From: Acidobacteriota bacterium
GTDB taxonomy: Bacteria; Acidobacteriota; UBA890; WLXD01
Direction of reading: 5' to 3'
DNA: 64,000 nt
NCBI GenBank assembly: GCA_963666215.2
Contig: CAXWPL010000005.1
Location: 1,376,001 to 1,440,000 of the forward strand
Of the stretch, positions 31,831 through 40,024 are shown one piece after another; within the stretch, counting starts at the first letter, position 1; each line of letters begins with the position of its first letter. A model generated the notes under the pieces. The model was not told where the DNA came from, ran no database searches, and saw nothing but the letters and a program-made list of their open reading frames with translations. The position numbers were made by a program, and so were the translations under genes.

Positions 31831-33282
31831 CTTGGGTTCAAGGAGTCGTCGCAGCGTTGCCTTGGTGAGCAGAGTGTACAAGCTCATCGAAGACTTCGGC
31901 AGGGGTTCTCCAGCCGAGGGTCTTGCGGGGTCGGCCGTTGAGTGCGAGCGCGACCGCGGCGAGGTCGTCGCAGGAGTATCTGACAAGGTCGGTGCCCTTC
32001 GGGAAGTACTGGCGTAGTAGTCCGTTGGTGTTCTCGTTGGTGCCCCGCTGCCAGGGGCTGTGCGGGTCGCAGAAGTAGATCGCGAGGCCGGTATCGACGC
32101 GGAGTTGAGCGTGTTGAGCCATCTCGGCGCCCTGGTCCCAGGTCAAGGACCGGCGGAGCTGCTCGGGCAGCGTGGTGATTGACACCGCGATCGCGTCACG
32201 GACGGCTTCGGCGCCGTGCCCGGCGAGGGCCGGCCCGTTCTTCACCCTCGATTCGGTCCCGTGCCCTTCCATGCGGGGCAGGTGCAGCAGCATCGTGAAC
32301 CGCGTAGTGCGTTCGACGAGGGTCCCGATCGCTGAGCTCTCGAGCCCGACGATCAGGTCGCCTTCCCAGTGACCCGGCACGGCCCTGTCGGCGGCTTCGG
32401 CGGGGCGTTCGCTGATCATGATCTCCGGAGTTACAAATTTCTTGCCTCTCCCCCGGGTTCGCGCATGCGGCACTCGTAGCGCTCGCCCGGTTCGCAGGCA
32501 CGCGACGAGCTCGCGTTTGAGGGCTTCTCGACCTTGGATGTAGAGCGCTTGGTAGATCGCCTCGTGAGAGATCCGCATCGACTCATTATGGGGGAAATCA
32601 ATCCGAAGCCGGTTCGAGATCTGCTCCGGACTCCAGGATTTCGCCCAACGCCGATCCTGGCGACGGCCGTGCCGACGGCCGATCCAACGCACATCCGGAC
32701 CCGGCACCAGCTCCCCGTCAGGCCTTGCGATCACGCCGGCGAGGCGGTTCTGCACGTACTCACGCAAGGCATCGTTCGCGGCAAGCTTGGAGACCTTCGG
32801 ACGGCTGGCGCGCCGCTCCGCGTGCCACTGCGCAGTCGTGGCCCGATAAGTTACGGCACGGCTGCGAGTCGCCGCGTTGCGGCGCAGCTCCCGCGAAATC
32901 GTCGACGGTGAACGACCCAGGCGGCGAGCGATCTCACGTACCCCAACATGCTGAGCGTGAAGGATGGCGATCTCTTCACGCTCGGCGAACGACAGATAAC
33001 GCCCCGACACCGGAGCCAACGAGATAGGTCGCATTCCACCAGCTTGCCTGAACCATCTCGACCCGACAGCCGGCGACACCCCAGCCTCTGTTGCGGCGTC
33101 CTCGCTGGACGCCCCACGAGCGATCGTCTCCCAGAACCGGATCCGGTCCTCGCGCCGCGCTGTCGAGGGCCGGCCAGGTGACCGCATCTGGCCACGCATC
33201 GCTCGAATCGCACCCTGACACTTGCCAACTCCCATCGAAACACCTCCATCACGAGATGTTGCGACGACCAGTTGAATCCGCC
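31831..33282 (-). mobile_element. IS30-family insertion sequence
   Basis: Ends CTTGGGTTCAAGGAGTCGTCGCAGC and GTTGCGACGACCAGTTGAATCCGCC. Confidence 0.9.
31838..33235 (-). CDS. IS30-family transposase
   Basis: RBS GGAGG; RYLSFAEREEI, PGHWEGDL, SLTWDQGAEM and PWQRGTNENTNGLLRQYFPKG motifs. Confidence 0.92.
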   Translation of the reverse strand: MGVGKCQGAIRAMRGQMRSPGRPSTARREDRIRFWETIARGASSEDAATEAGVSPAVGSRWFRQAGGMRPISLAPVSGRYLSFAEREEIAILHAQHVGVREIARRLGRSPSTISRELRRNAATRSRAVTYRATTAQWHAERRASRPKVSKLAANDALREYVQNRLAGVIARPDGELVPGPDVRWIGRRHGRRQDRRWAKSWSPEQISNRLRIDFPHNESMRISHEAIYQALYIQGREALKRELVACLRTGRALRVPHARTRGRGKKFVTPEIMISERPAEAADRAVPGHWEGDLIVGLESSAIGTLVERTTRFTMLLHLPRMEGHGTESRVKNGPALAGHGAEAVRDAIAVSITTLPEQLRRSLTWDQGAEMAQHAQLRVDTGLAIYFCDPHSPWQRGTNENTNGLLRQYFPKGTDLVRYSCDDLAAVALALNGRPRKTLGWRTPAEVFDELVHSAHQGNAATTP

Positions 33283-33615
33283 CACCACACCGCCATCTCG
33301 GTGAAAGACATGGAGAGGTCACTGGCCTTCTACCGGAATTTGCTGGGCATGGAGGTGCTCTCGGACCAGAGCTGGGAGAGCAGTCCAGAGAACAACCCGA
33401 AACCGGAAAAGATTCTGGATCTCGAGAACCCCGCTGCACGACAGGCCATGCTGAGGTGTGGAAACGCTCATATTGAGCTGTTCGAGTTCAGCAAGCCGGA
33501 ACCCGCCCCCATGGCAGTGGACCGGTCCGTGCATGATCATGGGTACACGCACTTCAGCCTGGATGTGAAGGACGTGGATGCGGAATACGAGAGGCTGCTG
33601 GAAGCCGGGGTGGAC

Positions 33616-34082
33616 GGGTAGGAAATCGCTTTTCTGAGCATGAGGAGCATGAGGGTTTTCGGAGGCCTGGGCGAGAGCTGGAGGTCCTGGGGGTCACTTC
33701 TCGGCGGCTCGACAGCAGGATTAGAGTGCGCGGGCCTGGCGGCAGGTGGGTCGCGAGAGTGCTTGGGGGCGTGCGCGGCAGCGGGGCCCCCAGGAGTCCC
33801 CGGAGGGGGGCCAGAGGAGTCGAGGGTCCCCCGGGAGCGTCAGGCGCTCTTTGTGTCGGCAGGGATGGGTGTCTCAGACAGGCTCATAGACCAGCTCGGG
33901 GGCTGGCGGTGGTCTCGGCGACCTGTGACGTGTCACCGGAGTGGGGAGCGCCGGGCAGCGTTTGAGTAGAATCCCCAGTACCTCACGAGCTGCTGCGAGG
34001 GGTCGGGAATGTGCTGTGCGGCCAGGAGAGCATGTTGTCCACCGTGTCAGCGTCGATCCGTCCCTTCTCGAGCAGCATCCTG
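33616..34082 (-). mobile_element. IS91-family oriIS/3' end, copy 3, with two internal transposase pieces
   Basis: Preceded by TGGAC. 33951-34016 matches 47312-47377 and 34013-34082 matches 47591-47660, linking the repeat to the HUH transposase. Confidence 0.85.
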
Positions 34083-34572
34083 TCGCCATCACCGAAGCAG
34101 AGGCGGCCTCGGCCAATGCCGCCGTCGAGCGGGCCCGCGCCGCCCTGCGGCGGGCGGAGCTCGATCTCGAGTACACCCGGATCCTGGCCCTGTCGACGGC
34201 GTAGTCGCCCGCAAGAGCGTCGAGTCCGGGGAGATTCTGCACCCGGGCCAGGCGGTGCTCGCGGTGGTCGAGATCGACAACGTGTGGGCGGTCGCCAACT
34301 TCAAAGAGACTCAGCTCGAGCACATGCGGCGGGGCCAGCCGGCCAAGCTCAAGGTCGACGCCTACCCCGGCCACGGCTTCCGCGGCCACGTCGAGTCGAT
34401 CGGCGCCGCCACCAGCTCGAGCTTCACTCTGCTCCCGCCGGAGAATGCTCCAGGCAACTTCGTCAAGGTGGTGCAGAGAGTGCCGGTCGAGATCATTCTC
34501 GACGACCCTCCGGATCCCCAGCGACCGCTGCGCGCCGGGATGTCAGTGGTCGTCACCGTCTCGACCCGCTAG
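34083..34572 (+). pseudogene. HlyD/EmrA membrane fusion protein C-terminal fragment
   Basis: VWAVANFKETQL...FTLLPPENAPGNFVKVVQRVPV...LRAGMSV. Confidence 0.85.
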
Positions 34573-34615
34573 CCGCCGGTGGTAGGATTGGCGTTTATCA
34601 AGAAAGGGGACTTTT

Positions 34616-36427
34616 ATGCGAGTCGATTCGGGGCTCTTGCTCTGCTTTCTCTTCACTCTGCTTACCGGTGCTGCAGAGCAAGCCTCCGGCGCAGACCCGG
34701 ATCCGGCTGCGCGGAGCGCTCTCTTCGGCGATCTCCACATCCACACCACCTATTCCTTCGATGCGTTCATGAGTGGTGTGCGTACGACACCCGATCATGC
34801 CTACCGATACGCCAAGGGAGAGGCGATACCCAATACCGACGGCTCGTTCCGACTCTCGGGACCGCCTCTGGACTTTCTCGCGGTCTCCGAGCACGCCAAG
34901 TATCTGGGCTCACATGCTCGCGTGCTCGAGCCCGGCAGCGGGACCTACGACCACGTTGCGAAGGCTGAGCTCATTACCCGATCCGGCGGCACGTTCGTCA
35001 GAAGGGAGCGCTTCTATGAGCTGGTCGACGAGTACCCCGAGCTGATCGACAAGAAGCTCGTGGCCGGTACCTGGCAGAAGATCGTCGACGCCGCCGAGCG
35101 ACACAACGACCCCGGCACCTTCACCGCCTTCATCGGCTACGAGTACACGCCGAACCCCAGCGGAATGCATCTGCACCGCAACGTCATCTTCCGGGGTCAG
35201 GCACCGGAGCTGCCGTTCAGCTCGCTCGATTCTCCCAACCCCGAGGATCTGTGGAGCTGGCTCGACGACATGAGAGCGCAGGGCTTCGAAGCGCTGGCCA
35301 TCCCGCACAACACCAACCAGAGCAACGGCCAGGCGTTCCAGGAGCAGACCTTCGAGGGCGGGGTCATCGATGCCGGCTGGGCTGAACAGCGGATGCGCAA
35401 TGAGCCGCTGGCGGAGATCTCGCAGCAGAAGGGGACCTCGGAGACACATCCCTCGTTGTCGCCGAACGACGAGTGGGCCGAGTTTCAAATCGTTCGGTAC
35501 TACCTCAACAGAATCGAGAACAAAGATCCCATCTCCATATTCAAGGGCGGTTATCTCCGCGACGCTCTGAAGACGGGCCTGGAGATGGAAGAGAAGGACG
35601 GGTTCAATCCGTACAAGTTCGGCTTCATCGGATCGAGCGACAGCCATGTCGCCGCGGGGGCCTTCGAAGAGGACCGTCGCTTCTCGGGCGGCTCGAATAC
35701 CCCGCGGGGACGCGGATCGGCACCCGATGGTGACTCTTGGGAGGGGTTCTGGACGCCGCGTCAAGCCACCTTTGGTACCGGCGGCGTCGCCGGCGTCTGG
35801 GCCGACGAGAACACTCGCGCATCGATCTACGATGCCTTCCGCCGCAAAGAGACCTTCGGCACCTCCGGTAACCGCATCAAGGTCCGCCTCTTCGGCGGCT
35901 TCGACCTTCCTGCCGGGCTTCTCGGCGATCCGAGCCCCATCGCCACCGCCTATGAGAGCGGCACACCCATGGGCGGAGTCATCGAGCGCGGCTCCAACTC
36001 GGCGCCTAGTTTCCTGGTGTCGGCCATGCGAGACCCCAACGCCGGCTGGCTCGATCGGGCTCAGATCGTCAAAGGGTGGATCGAGGGCGGAGAGGCCAAG
36101 GAGCGGGTGTACGACGTGGCCTGCTCCGAAGGCCAGCGACCGGACCCCGGATCCCACCGCTGCCCGTCCAACGGCGCCAAGGTCAATCTCTCCGATTGCA
36201 GTGTGAGCCGGGACAAAGGATCGGTAGCTCTCGAGGCGATGTGGACCGACCCCGACTTCGATCCCGGCCAGCGGGCGTTCTACTACGTCCGGGTTCTCGA
36301 AAACCCATCCTGTCGTTGGTCGACCTGGGATGCTCTCAGGCTCGGAATCGAGCCGAACCCCGACCTGCCCGCGATCCACCAGGAGCGCGCCTGGAGCTCG
36401 CCGATCTGGTACGCGCCGCCGATATAG
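34616..36427 (+). CDS. DUF3604 domain protein
   Basis: FGDLHIHT, HLHRNVIFR, IPHNTN, GSSDSH and ERAWSSPIWY motifs. Confidence 0.88.
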   Translation: MRVDSGLLLCFLFTLLTGAAEQASGADPDPAARSALFGDLHIHTTYSFDAFMSGVRTTPDHAYRYAKGEAIPNTDGSFRLSGPPLDFLAVSEHAKYLGSHARVLEPGSGTYDHVAKAELITRSGGTFVRRERFYELVDEYPELIDKKLVAGTWQKIVDAAERHNDPGTFTAFIGYEYTPNPSGMHLHRNVIFRGQAPELPFSSLDSPNPEDLWSWLDDMRAQGFEALAIPHNTNQSNGQAFQEQTFEGGVIDAGWAEQRMRNEPLAEISQQKGTSETHPSLSPNDEWAEFQIVRYYLNRIENKDPISIFKGGYLRDALKTGLEMEEKDGFNPYKFGFIGSSDSHVAAGAFEEDRRFSGGSNTPRGRGSAPDGDSWEGFWTPRQATFGTGGVAGVWADENTRASIYDAFRRKETFGTSGNRIKVRLFGGFDLPAGLLGDPSPIATAYESGTPMGGVIERGSNSAPSFLVSAMRDPNAGWLDRAQIVKGWIEGGEAKERVYDVACSEGQRPDPGSHRCPSNGAKVNLSDCSVSRDKGSVALEAMWTDPDFDPGQRAFYYVRVLENPSCRWSTWDALRLGIEPNPDLPAIHQERAWSSPIWYAPPI

Positions 36428-36649
36428 TGGCGTCGCGACTGGGCATGCGCTTGAACCAGAATTGCTGATATGACATATTTGGGTTTCTTCATAGCCGCGA
36501 CAACGCGCTAGCAGGAGGTTGGTGGAGTCGACATGACGGCAGCCAGGCTCGCCGAACGACGGGTGACCTTGGGCCTGTGTCTCCTTCTCTGCACGCAGGG
36601 TACGTCCTTCGCCGGGACCTTCACGGCCGCAACCGAGGCCCACATCGAC

Positions 36650-36998
36650 GGGTAGGAAATCGCTTTTCTGAGCATGAGGAGCATGAGGGTTTTCGGAGGC
36701 CTGGGCGAGAGCTGGAGGTCCTGGGGGTCACTTCTCGGCGGCTCGACAGCAGGATTAGAGTGCGCGGGCCTGGCGGCAGGTGGGTTGCGAGAGTGCTTGG
36801 GGGCGTGCGCGGCAGCGGGGCCTCCAGGAGTCCCCGGAGGGGGGGCCAGAGGAGTCGAGGGTCCCCCGGGAGCGTCAGGCGCTCTTTGTGTCGGCAGGGA
36901 TGGGTGTCTCAGACAGGCTCATAGACCAGCTCGGGGGCTGGCGGTGAGTGAGCGAGGGGCTCCGGCTCTTGGGGTTCCGCCTGGATTCCCGCCAACAA
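36650..36998 (-). mobile_element. IS91-family oriIS/3' end, copy 4
   Basis: Preceded by CGAC; includes the transposase tail LAGIQAEPQEPEPLAHSPPAPELVYEPV*. Confidence 0.85.
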
Positions 36999-37002
36999 GG
37001 TC

Positions 37003-37156
37003 CTCGGCGCACCCGTTTTCCGCGGTACGCGGGTCCCGGTCAAGAATCTCTTCGACTACCTGGAAGCTGGCAATCCACTCGAGAGGTTCCTAGATCACTT
37101 CCCAACGGTTTCGCGCGAGCAGGCGTTGGCGGCTTCTAGAAGAGGCAGCTGAAGGC
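37003..37156 (+). repeat. internal copy of the DUF433 gene at 17500
   Basis: Near-identical to ~17548-17703. Confidence 0.85.
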
Positions 37157-37695
37157 TTTTGGCGGCCTGACATCGTGGTGAGTAATGCCGGTATATTCGG
37201 CGCCGGTGAAACGATCGACACCTTGAACCAAAACAAATGGGACCTTGGGTTGAAAGTGAATCTTACCGGCGCACAACTGTTGCTCAAACATTCGATCCCT
37301 TATCTGAAGCAAGGCATCAATGCATCCGTTATCATCATGGGTTCACGAAACGTAAACGCCCCGGCCCGGGCGCGGCCGCCTATTCCGTTCCCAAAGCCGG
37401 TTTAACCCAATTGGCCCGGGTGGCCGCACTTGAACTGGCCGGCGACGGCATACGCGTAAACGTCATTCATCCCGACGCCGTTTTCGACACCGCCTTATGG
37501 ACCCCGGAGGCCCTCGCCCGTTCCGCCGAGCGATACAGCATGACGGTGGAGGAATATAAACGCAAAAATTTAATGAAAACCGAAATCACCTCCAAGGATG
37601 TTGGCCGGATAGTGGCTGCGGTAGCCGGCCCCGTTTTCTCCGAAACGACCGGCGCCCAACTACCGATCGACGGCGGCAACGACCGGATTATTTGA
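37154..37695 (+). pseudogene. SDR C-terminal domain fragment (bifunctional aldolase/dehydrogenase type), frameshifted
   Basis: VVSNAG, PGPGAAAYSVPKA, GIRVNVIHPDAVFDT and TTGAQLPIDGGNDRII. Confidence 0.75.
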
Positions 37696-37724
37696 CATTT
37701 CCCCCACTCGCTCGACAGGAGAAA

Positions 37725-37784
37725 TCCCAATCGGAGTTGGGATCCACGCAGAGGGTAAAATGCAGGTCCCAACTCCGATTGGGA
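37725..37784. repeat. REP/REPIN-like inverted doublet
   Basis: TCCCAATCGGAGTTGGGA ... TCCCAACTCCGATTGGGA: an 18-bp perfect IR in which each arm is itself a hairpin. Confidence 0.7.
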
Positions 37785-37798
37785 CTTGAAAGGGAAAT

Positions 37799-39316
37799 GT
37801 GAAAAGCACCTTGATCTTCAATATCTGCCTCTTCTTTTATGCTTACCTCATTGCGCCGGTTTTTGCCGCCAAACAACCCAACATCGTGGTTTTTCTCGTT
37901 GACGACATGGGCGTCATGGATACCTCGGTTCCGTTCATGGCCGACGCAAAAGGTCAACCGGAACGACATCCGCTCAACAATCTGTATCGCACGCCCAACA
38001 TGGCTCGCCTGGCCAGGCAGGGAATTCGTTTTCGCCAATTCTATGCCAACAGTGTCTGCTCACCCACCCGGGTCTCGATTATGACCGGCCAAACATCGGC
38101 GCGACATCGCACCACCCAATACATTAAACCGGAATCGAACAACGCCGGAACGTATGGCCCGAAAGATTGGCAATGGGAGGGGATCACCGCTAAACACCAA
38201 ACCCTCCCTGCCCTTCTCCGTAAGGGTGGATACCGCACCATTCATGCCGGGAAAGCCCACTTCGGGTCAAACAACTCCTTTGGCGCGTTGCCTCAAAACT
38301 TTGGTTTCGATGTCAACATAGCCGGGCGCGCTATTGGACTGCCGGGCAGTTATTATGGAACCGATGATTTTACTCGTTTCGAGAACGGCAAGGCATTTCG
38401 ACCCGTCCCGGGTCTGGAAAAATACCACGGCCAGGATATGTTCCTCACCGAAGCCCTCACCCTGGAGATGAACGCCGAAATCAAGCGGGCCGTGGACGAG
38501 AAGAAACCGTTCTTTGCTTACATGTCACACTATGCCGTACATTCACCCTTCCAGTCGGACAAACGATTTGCCGCCCATTACGCGGATACACCCGAGTTGA
38601 GTAAGCAGGCCAAGGCCTTTGCCACTATGATTGAAGGCATGGACAAATCACTCGGAGATATTCTCGACCAACTGGAACGATTGGGAGTTGCGGAGAATAC
38701 GTTGGTCTTCTTCCTGGGTGACAACGGGACCGACGCGCCACTCGGTGCTTCCCATGGGATTGTCTGCGCGGCACCCTTACGAGGTAAAAAGGCAACCCAT
38801 TACGAAGGCGGCCTGCGGGTTCCATTCATCGCCGCCTGGGCGAAACCGAATCCGAAGAAAGCCGTGCAGAAAAAACTCCCGATCCCGGCCAACCTGCTCT
38901 CCGATCAAGTCGGAAGGATTTATGATCTGTTTCCAACCATTCTCAACTTGACCGGGATCAAATACGAAGGCTCGATCGATGGCGTCGATCTGTCTTCACT
39001 ACTCACCGGGGCAAAATCAAAGCAGACGCCCACCTTCCTGATGCATTTCCCCCACAGCCATCGCAGCAGTTACTTCACCGCTTATCGGGAGGGAGACTGG
39101 AAATTGATCTATCACTACCACAAACCGAAAACACAACGTTACCAGCTATTCAATCTGGTCCAGGACCGCAGCGAATCGAAAAACCTGGCCAAAAGCCAAC
39201 CGAAACAGCTTCGCCGGATGATCGAAGCCATGACCTCCGCCCTGACAGATGCCGATGCGCAGTATCCGGTGTCGAAACAAGATTCCAAGATTGTTTTAAA
39301 ACCAATGATCGAGTAG
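37799..39316 (+). CDS. arylsulfatase (S1 formylglycine-dependent sulfatase)
   Basis: PNIVVFLVDD, CSPTR motif, GKAH, GDNG and YEGGLRVP. Confidence 0.92.
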   Translation: MKSTLIFNICLFFYAYLIAPVFAAKQPNIVVFLVDDMGVMDTSVPFMADAKGQPERHPLNNLYRTPNMARLARQGIRFRQFYANSVCSPTRVSIMTGQTSARHRTTQYIKPESNNAGTYGPKDWQWEGITAKHQTLPALLRKGGYRTIHAGKAHFGSNNSFGALPQNFGFDVNIAGRAIGLPGSYYGTDDFTRFENGKAFRPVPGLEKYHGQDMFLTEALTLEMNAEIKRAVDEKKPFFAYMSHYAVHSPFQSDKRFAAHYADTPELSKQAKAFATMIEGMDKSLGDILDQLERLGVAENTLVFFLGDNGTDAPLGASHGIVCAAPLRGKKATHYEGGLRVPFIAAWAKPNPKKAVQKKLPIPANLLSDQVGRIYDLFPTILNLTGIKYEGSIDGVDLSSLLTGAKSKQTPTFLMHFPHSHRSSYFTAYREGDWKLIYHYHKPKTQRYQLFNLVQDRSESKNLAKSQPKQLRRMIEAMTSALTDADAQYPVSKQDSKIVLKPMIE

Positions 39317-39421
39317 CCGAGTTGGATGCCCCGCCGTGGGGCACACTACAACGTATCCAGAGGGCTCACCACACCCAGGGGCCTAGCGCAGCAGGCGAGC
39401 CCAGCTGATGCTCCGCCGCCG

Positions 39422-39542
39422 GGTTCCTAGATCACTTCCCAACGGTTTCGCGCGAGCAGGCGTTGGCGGCTCTAGCAGAGGCAGCTGAAGGCCTTATCCG
39501 CAATTGCGACTGCTTCTCGATGAATCGGTTCCTCGGCAGCCT
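39422..39542 (+). pseudogene. 3' end of DUF433 copy plus start of its DUF5615 PIN-like toxin
   Basis: Matches 17633-17704, then MRLLLDESVPR. Confidence 0.7.
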
Positions 39543-39601
39543 TGCGCGAGCTGGATGCTGATCGTGGAATCGGATCCGAGAGTCCGCGGTAGGCTTAGGA
39601 C

Positions 39602-39844
39602 ATGGAAGCTGCGTCTGATACCTGGCAGGACTTCATTGCTGTCGATCCAGCGATATGCCACGGACGGGCCTGCATACGGGGTACCCGCGTCATGGTGTCT
39701 GTGATCCTAGACAACTTGGCTGCGGGACTATCGGCGGAAGAGATCCGAGCCAGCTACCCGACGGTGAGCAAGCAGGCTCTTCAGGCCGTTATGGGCTATG
39801 CGGCCGACCTGGCACGGGAGCGCATCGTTGACATCTCGTCGTAG
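39602..39844 (+). CDS. DUF433 antitoxin
   Basis: IAVDPAICHGRACIRGTRVMVSVILDNLAAG...SYP. Confidence 0.9.
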   Translation: MEAASDTWQDFIAVDPAICHGRACIRGTRVMVSVILDNLAAGLSAEEIRASYPTVSKQALQAVMGYAADLARERIVDISS

Positions 39845-39853
39845 AGGCCCGTG

Positions 39854-40000
39854 GTGAGGCTCAAGGTCGACGAGAACCTCCCCGTCGAGATTGCTCAGAG
39901 TCTCGGTGAATCCGGCTATGACGCTCAGACGGTCCCGGACGAGGGCGGCGCAGAGGACGAAACCATCAGCGCCCGCTGCTTGGCTGAAGATCGCGCCCGC
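39854..40000 (+). pseudogene. DUF5615 PIN-like toxin, truncated
   Basis: MRLKVDENLPVEIA...GYDAQTV...GAEDETI. Confidence 0.75.
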
Positions 40001-40024
40001 TCTCGGGTAGAGTAGACTCAGATC

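Larger units (their letters stand above)
31321..33615 (+). pseudogene. VOC/glyoxalase gene split by IS30/IS3 insertion and truncated by IS91 oriIS
   Basis: RBS AGGAG plus ATG ATC CTC GGC ATA CAC (MILGIH) at 31321-31338 resumes at 33283 as CAC CAC ACC GCC (HHTAISVKDMERSLAFY); CAC is duplicated. Confidence 0.8.
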
